A stretch of 64,000 nt of DNA. Source: Pelotomaculum sp. Its GTDB lineage: Bacteria > Bacillota > Desulfotomaculia > Desulfotomaculales > Pelotomaculaceae. The notes beneath the pieces were generated by a model. The model did not search any database and was not told the DNA's origin. It worked only from the letters and a program-made list of their open reading frames with translations. Position numbers and translations under genes: made by a program. Shown piece by piece: positions 8,340 through 17,298 of this stretch. The stretch's first letter is position 1; every line of letters begins with the position of its first letter. The DNA is taken from positions 2,029-66,028 of the forward strand of contig JALHFC010000006.1 in assembly GCA_022839445.1 (NCBI GenBank), written 5' to 3'.

Positions 8340-8759
8340 GTGACCCTTTTTGGGAGTCGTAAAATAGCCCGTGTGGCGGTTGAAATGGCGATGACTGAGA
8401 GCAGGGAACAGGAGCGGGAATACAAGCAGCGATTTTTTAAGGAAGGAATAAGGACAGCGGCTGTTGACTACGGCGGCGATTTTATTTCTTCTGTGAATAA
8501 GATCATAGAAAGGGCTGTTGTGGCGTCCAAGCGGGAGGGAGTGATCAAAGAGATGCACGCCGACGAGGGGGCTGTGGCCGGGGCGACGCGGGAAGCGCTG
8601 TCTCAGGTTATGCCGAAGGCAATTGGTTTTAACGTCGGCGGTAAAATCGGGATCGCCCGGAAGGAAGATCACATCAGCGTGGCAATATTTTTTGGAGTAG
8701 GGTTGCTGCATTTGGACGAGGTGGCCATCGGTTTGGGCCACAGGGCAGTCCGGTCCTAA
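8340..8759 (+). CDS. HutP-family RNA-binding (antiterminator-type) protein
   Basis: 139 aa. By-eye alignment with B. subtilis HutP over the full length: MTL..R.I.R, ASKREGVI vs ASKKSGVI, ATREAL vs ATMEAL, ISVAIFFGVG vs IAVSLYGTIG, and a GLGH C-terminus. GTG start after GGGGGGAG. Confidence 0.75.
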   Translation: MTLFGSRKIARVAVEMAMTESREQEREYKQRFFKEGIRTAAVDYGGDFISSVNKIIERAVVASKREGVIKEMHADEGAVAGATREALSQVMPKAIGFNVGGKIGIARKEDHISVAIFFGVGLLHLDEVAIGLGHRAVRS

Positions 8760-8787
8760 AAGATGCTTTTTGGGGGGTGACGGTAGA

Positions 8788-9162
8788 ATGGGCGCAATAT
8801 TATTAAGAGGCGTTCGCGGCGCTATTACGGTAGAACGGAATGACGCGGGGGAAATATTTTCAGCTACCAGGGAACTTTTAAAGGCCATGATAAAGGAAAA
8901 TGACATTGATCCCGAAGATATCGCAAGCGTTATTTTTACAGTTACACCGGATTTGAACGCAGGGTTTCCGGCGACAGCGGCGCGGGAGATGGGTTGGCGG
9001 TATGTCCCGCTCCTTGGCGCAACAGAAATAAATGTTCCCGGAATGCCCGGCAAATGTATCAGGGCGCTGGTCCATGTAAATACAGGTAAGTCTCAAAGAG
9101 AATTGAAGCATATATACTTGAGGGACGCTGCCCGGCTGAGGGTGGACCTGGTGCCTCAATAG
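8788..9162 (+). CDS. aroH: chorismate mutase, AroH class
   Basis: LRGVRGAITVERN...VIFTVTPDLNAGFPA...YVPLLGATEINVPG...CIRALVHVN matches monofunctional AroH. ATG 8788 is preferred over the upstream TTG 8770. Confidence 0.9.
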   Translation: MGAILLRGVRGAITVERNDAGEIFSATRELLKAMIKENDIDPEDIASVIFTVTPDLNAGFPATAAREMGWRYVPLLGATEINVPGMPGKCIRALVHVNTGKSQRELKHIYLRDAARLRVDLVPQ

Positions 9163-9278
9163 TTTTAAGTACCTTACCAAAAAGGGCTAAATTATTTTAG
9201 TCAGGTATATTTTTAAGCCAAAAAAAGGATCAAGGTAAGAAATATAGAAATCGGTAGTAAAAATTATAAGGTGAAATT

Positions 9279-9758
9279 GTGGAGTTTTTGAACTGGCTAC
9301 AAACAAATGATCAGGGTTTATTTTTATTTATTATAGCGTTTGCCAACGCTATATTTTTACCGTTTGGCCCGGAGATAGCATTTATTCCTATTTTGATGGT
9401 CAGCCATAATAAACTGATACCCTATGCTTCTTATTGTGTGATCGGGAGTGTCCTGGGGCTGGCGGTTACATACACTATGTCCTACTACTACAGTAAAACC
9501 CTGGTTGGTAGATATGTCTCGCCTCAAAAGCTCGAAAAAGGGGAGCGGGTCTTTACCAGGTATGGCCCCTGGGCTTTAGTAATCGCTTCCATGTTCCCGG
9601 TCTTTCCTTATCGAATTCTTGTGATTATCTCCGGTTGCTTAAAGCAAAGGCCGGCAAAAGTTTTCACCTTTTTGACCCTTGGCAAGGGCTTGAGGTTTTT
9701 TGGCTATGGATTTTTAATAGCTAAACTGGGGGAGTCGGTTGTTAAATATTTAATGTAG
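9279..9758 (+). CDS. DedA/YqaA-like (SNARE-associated) small membrane protein
   Basis: 159 aa with 4 TM segments and a pattern typical of the YqaA/DedA family. GTG start. Confidence 0.6.
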   Translation: MEFLNWLQTNDQGLFLFIIAFANAIFLPFGPEIAFIPILMVSHNKLIPYASYCVIGSVLGLAVTYTMSYYYSKTLVGRYVSPQKLEKGERVFTRYGPWALVIASMFPVFPYRILVIISGCLKQRPAKVFTFLTLGKGLRFFGYGFLIAKLGESVVKYLM

Positions 9759-9788
9759 TTGGATGAGCCGTCATGTGGTAAAAAGTAC

Positions 9789-9817
9789 TTGACGGTTGTT
9801 TGTGTAACGTGTAAAAT
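9789..9817 (+). promoter_or_regulatory. sigma-A-type promoter of the trp operon
   Basis: TTGACG (9789-9794), a 17-nt spacer, then TAAAAT (9812-9817). Confidence 0.55.
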
Positions 9818-9819
9818 AA

Positions 9820-9873
9820 AAGTTGAGCAGAGATTAGTTTAGAAGAGCATAAGTTGAGCTTAGCTGAGATGAG
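9820..9873 (+). promoter_or_regulatory. array of 11 phased NAG triplets (TRAP-type RNA-binding-protein site) in the trpE leader
   Basis: Triplet starts: 9820 AAG, 9825 GAG, 9830 GAG, 9835 TAG, 9840 TAG, 9845 GAG, 9851 AAG, 9856 GAG, 9861 TAG, 9866 GAG, 9871 GAG. Spacers are 2,2,2,2,2,3,2,2,2,2 nt. Confidence 0.8.
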
Positions 9874-9900
9874 TTTGCGTATTTTCATTTGGGAAAATGT

Positions 9901-9936
9901 GCCGGCGCTCATTTGAGCGCCGGTTTATTTATTTTT
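9901..9936 (+). terminator. intrinsic terminator (attenuator) immediately upstream of trpE
   Basis: A 9-bp GC-rich stem CCGGCGCTC / GAGCGCCGG (9902-9910 / 9915-9923) with loop ATTT, followed by TTTATTTATTTTT. The trpE start is at 9954. Confidence 0.85.
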
Positions 9937-9953
9937 AAGGGGAGGGATTTCAG

Positions 9954-11456
9954 TTGATTAATCCAGTCAGGGAAGGGTACTTATCCTTAAGTAAAACTTG
10001 CAATTTAATACCGGTTAGTGATGAGATTAACGCCGATCTGGATACGCCGATCAGCATTTATAAAAAGGTAGCGCCGGCAGGTCCGGCCTATCTTTTGGAG
10101 AGCGTAGAGGGTGGTGAAATTTTAGCCCGCTATTCATTTATCGGGTTTGACCCTTTCCTAACTTTTATTTCGCAGGGGGAAGAGTCGCATGTTTACGGCC
10201 CCGGCTCGAAAAAAATAATCCCGGGCCCTCCCTTAGAAGCTTTGGAGCGTGTTATTGGCAGTTATAGTGTTTACCAAGCGCCCGGTTTACCCCGTTTTTT
10301 CGGGGGCGCTGTAGGCTATATCAGCTATGATGTGGCGCGTTTTACCGGGAAAATTGAGACGCCGCAAGGTGGTATGCCCGGCTTGCCTGGCTGTTACTTT
10401 ATTTTTGCCGGTACGGTCCTTATTTTTGACCACGTCAAGCGGGCTTTAACCGTAGTTGTAAACAGCCTGCCCGGGGCAGATCCAGGGGGCGCGTATGATC
10501 TAGCCAGGGAGCGGATAAAAAAGATAGTTTGGGCGATTCAAAGTAATGCGCCAATAAAAAAAGATACCGTCCGCAGTCAAGCTTGCGCTTATGGGAAGTT
10601 GGAAGCGAACATTGACAGTGGTGAATTTATGGCGAAAGTGGCGCAGGCCAAGGAATACATAAAATCCGGCGATGTCCTGCAGGTAGTCTTGTCCCGGCGC
10701 CTGCGCGCGCCCTTTTGCGGTGATCCGTTCGATGTATACAGGAAATTGCGGGCGTTAAACCCGTCCCCTTATCTTTATTACCTCGATTTTGACGAGGTCA
10801 AGGTGGCGGGCTCTTCCCCGGAAATGCTGGTGAGGGTAGAGGGAACTACAGTAAGTACCTGTCCGATTGCGGGCACCCGGCCCCGGGGAGCAGACCGGGA
10901 GTCCGACCTGGCCCTGGCCAAGGAATTGCTTGGAGACGCCAAAGAAAGATCCGAGCACCTGATGCTGGTAGACCTGGGCCAAGATGATCTGGAAAAAGTA
11001 TGTGAAACCGGTAGCGTCGGGCTGGATCGGTTCATGGAAGTGGAAAAATTTTCCCATGTTATGCACCTGGTTTCAAGCTTGTGCGGCAACCTGGCGCCAG
11101 GCAAAAACTGTTTTGACGCTTTAAAAGCATGTTTCCCCGCCGGTACCGTGACAGGCGCTCCAAGGGCGCGTGCAATGGAGATCATCAACGAGCTGGAGCC
11201 TGACGGGCGGGGTATTTATGCCGGGGCAACCGGGTACATCGGGTTTTCGGGGAATATGGACTTTGCCATAACCATCAGGACCATAGTGATGCAGGAGGGG
11301 TACGCGTATGTGCAGGCCGGGGCCGGCATCGTGGCCGGTTCCAACCCTAAAGCGGAGTACGAGGAAACGGTAAACAAGGCTCGCGCGCTTTTAACTACTC
11401 TTTGGGAAGTTGAAGCAGATTGGGTAAGCGCCTATGGGCAGTGTGAGGGGCTTTAG
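9954..11456 (+). CDS. trpE: anthranilate synthase component I
   Basis: 500 aa with chorismate-binding enzyme motifs (GTRPRG, GAPRARAMEII, GIYAGATGY). TTG start after AAGGGGAGGG. Confidence 0.95.
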   Translation: MINPVREGYLSLSKTCNLIPVSDEINADLDTPISIYKKVAPAGPAYLLESVEGGEILARYSFIGFDPFLTFISQGEESHVYGPGSKKIIPGPPLEALERVIGSYSVYQAPGLPRFFGGAVGYISYDVARFTGKIETPQGGMPGLPGCYFIFAGTVLIFDHVKRALTVVVNSLPGADPGGAYDLARERIKKIVWAIQSNAPIKKDTVRSQACAYGKLEANIDSGEFMAKVAQAKEYIKSGDVLQVVLSRRLRAPFCGDPFDVYRKLRALNPSPYLYYLDFDEVKVAGSSPEMLVRVEGTTVSTCPIAGTRPRGADRESDLALAKELLGDAKERSEHLMLVDLGQDDLEKVCETGSVGLDRFMEVEKFSHVMHLVSSLCGNLAPGKNCFDALKACFPAGTVTGAPRARAMEIINELEPDGRGIYAGATGYIGFSGNMDFAITIRTIVMQEGYAYVQAGAGIVAGSNPKAEYEETVNKARALLTTLWEVEADWVSAYGQCEGL

Positions 11457-11516
11457 AAAAGTCAGGCGGGTGTTAAGTTTTTACTAGCTTAGAGCTTAGA
11501 AAAGGAGAGTTCTGAA

Positions 11517-12551
11517 ATGAAAGAGGCTATATTAAGAGTCGTTTCGGGGAGGCATTTAACTGAAATGAAGGCAATGTCTGTAATGGAGCAAATCATGGAG
11601 GGGCGGGCCAGTTCCGCTCAGATTGCCTCCCTGCTGACCGCCATGCGGCTAAAAGGCGAAACTGCCGAAGAAATTACCGGTTTTGCCAGGGTGATGAGAC
11701 GGATGTCGACGCCAATCAAGTCGTCTTACCCCATTCTAGTGGATACTTGTGGCACAGGGGGAGACGGCGCCGGGACCTTTAATATTTCTACAACTGCGGC
11801 TTTTGTAGTGGCCGGGGCCGGGGCGCCTGTAGCCAAGCACGGCAACCGGTCGGTGTCCAGCCGTAGCGGCAGCGCCGATGTTCTGGAGGAACTGGGGGTC
11901 AGGGTTGACCTGGATCGGGACGCTATCGAGGATTGTCTGGAACAGGTGGGGATGGCCTTTCTTTTCGCGCCGATGTTACACCGCGCCACGGGGCACGCTA
12001 CGGGTCCCCGCCGCGAGATCGGGATCAGGACCGTTTTTAATATTCTAGGTCCCTTGACCAACCCGGCCGGCGCTAGGGCGCAGGTACTCGGTGTATACAG
12101 CCCTTCGCTGGCGGAATTGATCGCGCGCGTGCTGGCCAAACTGGGCGCCACCCGAGCGTTTGTGGTCCATGGCGCAGGCGGGCTGGACGAAATTTCCTTG
12201 GCCGGTCCTTCGGTCCTGTGTGAAGTAAAAGGTGGATCGGTGCGCAAGGGTATCCTGGATCCGGCCCGGTTTGGATTTCGGTACACGCCGGTTTCTACCC
12301 TGGCCGGGGGTTCCCCCGGGGAAAACGCCGCGATCACACGCCGGATTCTGGAAGGTGAAAAAGGGCCGCGCCGGGATGTCGTTGTTTTAAACGCTGCTTT
12401 GGGAGTGGTAGCTGCGGGCAAGGCCGGCGGTATAGCCGAAGGTTTGGAAATATCCGCCCGCAGTATCGATGACGGACGGGCTCTGGCTAAACTAAATGAA
12501 CTGGTTACATTTACAAAGCGATACGCGCCTGTAAAAACCGCAGCCCTATGA
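11517..12551 (+). CDS. trpD: anthranilate phosphoribosyltransferase
   Basis: 344 aa; VDTCGTGGDGAGTFNIST and KHGNRSVSS motifs. Confidence 0.95.
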   Translation: MKEAILRVVSGRHLTEMKAMSVMEQIMEGRASSAQIASLLTAMRLKGETAEEITGFARVMRRMSTPIKSSYPILVDTCGTGGDGAGTFNISTTAAFVVAGAGAPVAKHGNRSVSSRSGSADVLEELGVRVDLDRDAIEDCLEQVGMAFLFAPMLHRATGHATGPRREIGIRTVFNILGPLTNPAGARAQVLGVYSPSLAELIARVLAKLGATRAFVVHGAGGLDEISLAGPSVLCEVKGGSVRKGILDPARFGFRYTPVSTLAGGSPGENAAITRRILEGEKGPRRDVVVLNAALGVVAAGKAGGIAEGLEISARSIDDGRALAKLNELVTFTKRYAPVKTAAL

Positions 12552-13360
12552 TTTTAAATAAAATAATTGCCAACAAAAAAGTTGAGCTGCTAAAGCGTAA
12601 GGAAATGCTTCCTTTTAGCGTGCTGAAAGGAACGTTATCGGATGTTGCCCTGCCGCTACCGCTGGCGCCGGCCTTACGCCGGCCGGGCCGGGTGGCAATC
12701 ATCGCCGAAACAAAAAAAGCATCGCCTTCCAAGGGAATAATATGCGACAACTTTGATCCCGTAAAGCTGGCGAGGGAATATGAAACAGCCGGGGCGGCAG
12801 CTATATCGGTGCTCACCGAGGAAAAGTTTTTTCTCGGGCGCCCGTCTCATCTGGCAGGCGTTAAAAGGGCAGTTAAAATACCGGTTGTAAGGAAGGACTT
12901 TATCATCGATCCTTACCAGGTTTACGAGTCCCGCGCGCTGGGCGCCGACGCCATACTTTTGATCGTGGCTGCTCTTTCTTTCGAGCAACTCAAGGAATTA
13001 ATCGAACTTGCCAGGGAATTGGGCCTGTCAGGCCTGGTCGAAGTACACACGGAACCGGAATTGGAACACGCTTGCCGTGCCGGCGCGGACATTATCGGGA
13101 TTAACAACCGTGACTTGAACACTTTTAAAACTGATCTAAACAGGACATTCGAACTAATGAAGTTTATTGACAAGCAAAAATATATTGTGGTTTCCGAAAG
13201 TGGTATTAAAAGCCATACCGACTTAATCGGGCTAAAAGACTGCGGAGTGCATGCGGCGCTGGTAGGTGAAGCCCTAGTAGGAAGCGCCTTTCCGGGTGAA
13301 GCGCTAAAAAGGCTGGGCGGCTGTTCGGGCGAAAGGGGGGCTGGTTTGTGCCGGGCTTAA
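12548..13360 (+). CDS. trpC: indole-3-glycerol-phosphate synthase
   Basis: 270 aa with IIAETKKASPSKG, RKDFIIDPYQ and GINNRDL motifs. There is an ATGA overlap with trpD. Confidence 0.93.
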   Translation: MILNKIIANKKVELLKRKEMLPFSVLKGTLSDVALPLPLAPALRRPGRVAIIAETKKASPSKGIICDNFDPVKLAREYETAGAAAISVLTEEKFFLGRPSHLAGVKRAVKIPVVRKDFIIDPYQVYESRALGADAILLIVAALSFEQLKELIELARELGLSGLVEVHTEPELEHACRAGADIIGINNRDLNTFKTDLNRTFELMKFIDKQKYIVVSESGIKSHTDLIGLKDCGVHAALVGEALVGSAFPGEALKRLGGCSGERGAGLCRA

Positions 13361-13971
13361 AACAGGTAAAGGTTAAAATTTGCGGGATTATGGACTCTGT
13401 TACGGCATTGGCGGCGGTAGAGGCCGGGGCGGACGCCCTGGGGTTTGTTTTTGCTCCCGGCCCGAGGCGTGTGGAGAAAGAAAAAGTAAGATCCATCTGT
13501 GCTTTGTTGCCTCCTTTTGTTTCCCGGGTAGGTGTTTTTGTCAATGCGCCGGCTGAAGTGGTTAAAGAGACCGCTCTCTACTGTGGGTTGGATACACTGC
13601 AGCTGCACGGGGACGAAACACCGGAATACTGTTTGTCACTCCCGTACAAGATCATAAAGGCTTTCCGTGTACGGGACTCGGTTTCGCTTCAGACAATTAA
13701 GCGCTATCGCTGTGCGGCGGTTTTGCTGGATACTTACGTGCAGGAATTGCGTGGAGGTACGGGAAAAAGTTTTGATTGGAGTCTTGCCGTGGCGCCGGTG
13801 CTGTCCGTGCCGGTGATCCTAGCCGGGGGGCTCCACCCGGAAAACGTAGAGGAGGCCGTGGCTACCGCCCGTCCATATGCTGTGGATGTATCCAGCGGGG
13901 TGGAAACCGGCGGTAAAAAGGATATAGAGAAAATAAAGCTGTTTATAGAGCGGGCAAGGGGGTTATGTTAG
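13348..13971 (+). CDS. trpF: phosphoribosylanthranilate isomerase
   Basis: 207 aa; VKICGI...GADALGFVF...LQLHGDE...ILAGGL pattern. Confidence 0.9.
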   Translation: MPGLKQVKVKICGIMDSVTALAAVEAGADALGFVFAPGPRRVEKEKVRSICALLPPFVSRVGVFVNAPAEVVKETALYCGLDTLQLHGDETPEYCLSLPYKIIKAFRVRDSVSLQTIKRYRCAAVLLDTYVQELRGGTGKSFDWSLAVAPVLSVPVILAGGLHPENVEEAVATARPYAVDVSSGVETGGKKDIEKIKLFIERARGLC

Positions 13972-15173
13972 TGGAAATATATGAGGGGGCGCCGGACAGC
14001 AAGGGGTATTACGGGCCATACGGGGGGCGTTTTGTGCCGGAGACTCTGATGCCGGGTTTAGAAGAGCTGGAAAAGGCCTACCGTGCAGCCGTGGATGATC
14101 CGGAATTCCAAAGGGAGCTGGAGCATTACCTGCAACATTATGTCGGAAGGCCTTCACCCCTGTATTTTGCCGAAGGGCTGACGGCGCATTGCGGAGGCGC
14201 CCAGGTTTACCTGAAAAGAGAAGACTTAAACCATACCGGCGCCCACAAGATAAACAATACTATCGGCCAGATTTTACTGGCCCGGCGCATGGGCAAGCGC
14301 AGGGTAATCGCCGAGACCGGCGCAGGCCAGCACGGTGTCGCGACTGCCACGGCGGCGGCCTTATTCGGGTTTGACTGTGCAGTATACATGGGAGAGGAAG
14401 ACATTCGCAGGCAGAGTCCTAACGTCTTCAGGATGCGCCTGCTGGGGGCCGAGGTCATCCCTGTCTCAACCGGCAGCAAAACGTTAAAAGACGCCATGAA
14501 TGAGGCTATCCGTGATTGGGTGACCAACGTGCGGGATACCTACTACTTGATTGGATCGGTGGCAGGGCCCCATCCCTACCCGCTTATGGTCAGGCAATTC
14601 CAATCGGTGATCGGGGTGGAGGCAAAGAGGCAAGTCCTGGAGCAGACCGGGCGTCTGCCCGGCCATATTGTTGCCTGTGTGGGTGGCGGGAGCAACGCCA
14701 TGGGTATTTTCTACCCTTTCTTGAATGAAGCTGGAGTCAATCTAGTGGGGGTTGAAGCAGCGGGGCGCGGGGTAGATACAGGGGAGCACGCCGCCACATT
14801 GGGCCTGGGCAGTCCCGGCGTGCTGCACGGCGCACTTAGTTATGTGCTGCAGAGTGAGGACGGCCAGATCCAGTGCGCTCATTCCATTTCGGCAGGGCTG
14901 GATTACCCGGGGGTTGGGCCCGAGCACTCCTATTTGAAAGACAGCGGAAGGGTGATCTATACGTCCGCTACCGATGCAGAGGCACTGGAGGCGTTTGGCC
15001 TGCTTTGCCGGACGGACGGGATCATCCCTGCCCTGGAAAGCGCCCATGCCCTGGCAGAAGCAATAAAACTGGCGCCTTCCCTGCCGCGAGAAAATATAAT
15101 ATTAGTCAACTTGTCCGGGCGGGGTGACAAGGATATCCCGGCGGTTGCAGGTGATGCGGGGGTGTATGTATGA
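13965..15173 (+). CDS. trpB: tryptophan synthase beta chain
   Basis: 402 aa; [14 protein letters not shown]-lysine motif and GGGSNAMG. Confidence 0.95.
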   Translation: MLVEIYEGAPDSKGYYGPYGGRFVPETLMPGLEELEKAYRAAVDDPEFQRELEHYLQHYVGRPSPLYFAEGLTAHCGGAQVYLKREDLNHTGAHKINNTIGQILLARRMGKRRVIAETGAGQHGVATATAAALFGFDCAVYMGEEDIRRQSPNVFRMRLLGAEVIPVSTGSKTLKDAMNEAIRDWVTNVRDTYYLIGSVAGPHPYPLMVRQFQSVIGVEAKRQVLEQTGRLPGHIVACVGGGSNAMGIFYPFLNEAGVNLVGVEAAGRGVDTGEHAATLGLGSPGVLHGALSYVLQSEDGQIQCAHSISAGLDYPGVGPEHSYLKDSGRVIYTSATDAEALEAFGLLCRTDGIIPALESAHALAEAIKLAPSLPRENIILVNLSGRGDKDIPAVAGDAGVYV

Positions 15174-15988
15174 GTAAGATCACGGAATGTCTGGAAAATA
15201 TGCGCCGTACGGGTAAGAAAGGCCTGATCCCGTTTATCACCGCCGGTGACCCTGATTTGGCGGGCACAGTGGAGATCGCGAAACGGTTGGCCTTCGCCGG
15301 CGCCGATCTCGTTGAACTGGGTATACCTTTTTCCGATCCGGTGGCGGACGGTCCGGTAATCCAGCAGGCGTCCGGACGGGCGCTGAAATCAGGGACCACG
15401 CTACAGGGGATCCTTGAAGCAGTGAGGGAAATAAAAAAAGACTGCAGTATGCCGCTGATCTTGATGGGTTACTATAATCAGATTTACAAATATGGGTTGC
15501 GCCGGTTTACTTGTGACGCTGCAAAGGCCGGGGTCAGCGGCCTCATTGTGCCGGACCTGCCCCACGAAGAGTGCGGGCCGTTGCGTGAGGAAGCCATTTT
15601 GGCGGGGCTTGATCTCATTCCTTTAGTAGCGCCTACCACTACCAATCCAAGGTTGGAGAAAATCACCGCCGGCGCGTGCGGTTTTATATATTGCGTTTCC
15701 GTAACCGGTGTCACCGGGACCAGGGAGCAAATGGGTACGGACCTGGAAAACTTTACGGGCCGGGTGCGCCGCTACACTTCCCTGCCCCTGGCCGTTGGTT
15801 TCGGCATTGCCGGGCCGGAGCAAGCGGCGCAAACAGCGAAGCTTTGTGACGCCGTGGTGGTGGGAAGCGCTATTGTTAAAATCATTGCTGAGTATAATGA
15901 TGTTTCGTCTGCCGGGCCGGCGGTGGAGAAACTCGTCTCTCAAATTAGGGGGACGCTGGATGGTTTGCAATATACAAGGCCAAAATAA
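15170..15988 (+). CDS. trpA: tryptophan synthase alpha chain
   Basis: 272 aa; [17 protein letters not shown] motif. There is an ATGA overlap with trpB. Confidence 0.95.
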   Translation: MSKITECLENMRRTGKKGLIPFITAGDPDLAGTVEIAKRLAFAGADLVELGIPFSDPVADGPVIQQASGRALKSGTTLQGILEAVREIKKDCSMPLILMGYYNQIYKYGLRRFTCDAAKAGVSGLIVPDLPHEECGPLREEAILAGLDLIPLVAPTTTNPRLEKITAGACGFIYCVSVTGVTGTREQMGTDLENFTGRVRRYTSLPLAVGFGIAGPEQAAQTAKLCDAVVVGSAIVKIIAEYNDVSSAGPAVEKLVSQIRGTLDGLQYTRPK

Positions 15989-16034
15989 AATATATTGAAA
16001 ATGCGGTGGAATATGATCGTATCCCCAAAAATCG

Positions 16035-16063
16035 TTGCCATCTAATCGCCTGTGTGTTAAGAT
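16035..16063 (+). promoter_or_regulatory. sigma-A-type promoter upstream of aroF
   Basis: TTGCCA (16035-16040), a 17-nt spacer, then TAAGAT (16058-16063). Confidence 0.5.
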
Positions 16064-16179
16064 AAAATATACTTGTAGGATGGTTTTTTGGTTGGGAAGG
16101 CAGCGCCTGCGGGCGCACAGGAGAAGAACGGCAGGATGGCAAGGGAGGCGATGAGATTGTTTGCTTATGGTCCGACTTG

Positions 16180-16210
16180 AGTACTCCTCCGGGAGTGCTT
16201 TTTTGTTTTT
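16180..16210 (+). terminator. intrinsic terminator inside the aroF leader (attenuator of unknown class)
   Basis: An 8-bp stem 16180-16187 / 16192-16199 (AGTACTCC/GGAGTGCT, one G.U) with loop TCCG, then TTTTTGTTTTT. It lies 72 nt upstream of the aroF ATG. Confidence 0.7.
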
Positions 16211-16281
16211 AGTTTTGGAAATGATATTTAAGGTAAGGTTTTTTAAGGCAGGGTTTTTCCGATATGTAAGGGGGTTTAAAA

Positions 16282-17298
16282 ATGATTATAGTCATGGATC
16301 ACCGGGTTGGTGATGATAAGATAGAAGCCGTACTCGTCCGGCTGGAGAGGCTTGGTTTTCAGATCCACTTGTCACGTGGTGTAGAGCGCACGATCATCGG
16401 CGCTATCGGGGAAAGAGGCCACCTGATCGGGGTGGACCTGGAGGTTATGCCGGGTGTGGAAAAAGTTGTCCCCATCCTACAGCCATATAAATTGGCCAGC
16501 AGGACATTCAAAGAGGAAGGAACTGTAATTAGGGTTGGGAACTTGGAGATAGGCGGTGACACCATCCATGTCATGGCCGGTCCGTGCGCTGTGGAAAGCA
16601 GGGAACAACTCCTGTGCGCAGCGCAGATGGTCAAAGATGCCGGCGCTACTATCCTACGGGGTGGGGCTTTTAAACCAAGGACCTCCCCTTATTCATTCCA
16701 CGGGCTGGAAGAAGAGGGTTTGGAACTGCTGGCGGAAGCCCGCGAGGCGACCGGCCTTTTGATCGTGACCGAGGTAATGGACGCCAGGACGCTGCCCCTG
16801 GTTGCCCGGTATACCGACATCCTTCAAATAGGGGCGCGCAATATGCAGAACTTCTTTTTGCTGAGGGAAATAGCCAAAGTAGACAAACCCGTTGTGTTGA
16901 AGAGGGGTCCGTCGGCTACCATTGAAGAATGGCTGATGGCGGCGGAATATATCATGTCCGGCGGTAATTATAACGTAATTCTGTGTGAGCGGGGCATACG
17001 CAGCTTTGAAAGCTATACCAGGAACACCCTCGATCTCACCTCGGTGCCGGTGGTGAAGTACCTTTCCCACCTGCCTGTAATTGTCGATCCCAGTCACGCT
17101 ATCGGTAAGTGGCGTTTTGTGCCGCCGATGGCAAAAGCCGCCCTAGCGGCAGGCGCCGATGGGTTGATTGTAGAAGTACACCCGAATCCCGTTGAAGCTT
17201 TGTGCGACGGTCCCCAATCCTTGATGCCGGAGAAATTTGCCGCGATGATGAACGATTTGAGGCAAGTTGCCGCAGTGATGGGCAGGAGGATGCCTTGA
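16282..17298 (+). CDS. aroF: 3-deoxy-7-phosphoheptulonate (DAHP) synthase, type I-beta with N-terminal ferredoxin-like regulatory domain
   Basis: 338 aa; [20 protein letters not shown] and DPSH motifs, plus an N-terminal extension of about 75 aa as in Thermotoga-type DAHPS. Confidence 0.92.
   Translation: MIIVMDHRVGDDKIEAVLVRLERLGFQIHLSRGVERTIIGAIGERGHLIGVDLEVMPGVEKVVPILQPYKLASRTFKEEGTVIRVGNLEIGGDTIHVMAGPCAVESREQLLCAAQMVKDAGATILRGGAFKPRTSPYSFHGLEEEGLELLAEAREATGLLIVTEVMDARTLPLVARYTDILQIGARNMQNFFLLREIAKVDKPVVLKRGPSATIEEWLMAAEYIMSGGNYNVILCERGIRSFESYTRNTLDLTSVPVVKYLSHLPVIVDPSHAIGKWRFVPPMAKAALAAGADGLIVEVHPNPVEALCDGPQSLMPEKFAAMMNDLRQVAAVMGRRMP

Noticed and set aside
9163-9278. Several AAG/TAG triplets upstream of the dedA-like gene that might be a second TRAP-type site
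   Set aside because: Triplet starts at 9232, 9237, 9245, 9255 and 9268 give spacings of 5, 8, 10 and 13 nt. There is no consistent phase, so they are likely chance occurrences in AT-rich sequence.
11726-12421. 231-aa minus-strand ORF
   Set aside because: It is antisense to trpD, with an Ala/Pro/Arg/Ser-rich composition characteristic of GC-rich shadow frames.
16075-16178. The purine-rich aroF leader as another phased NAG array or a T-box
   Set aside because: NAG triplets at 16097, 16101, 16118, 16121, 16124, 16132, 16141, 16145 and 16153 are irregularly spaced. No T-box sequence or specifier-loop features were recognised. The leader is kept only as an unclassified attenuator.
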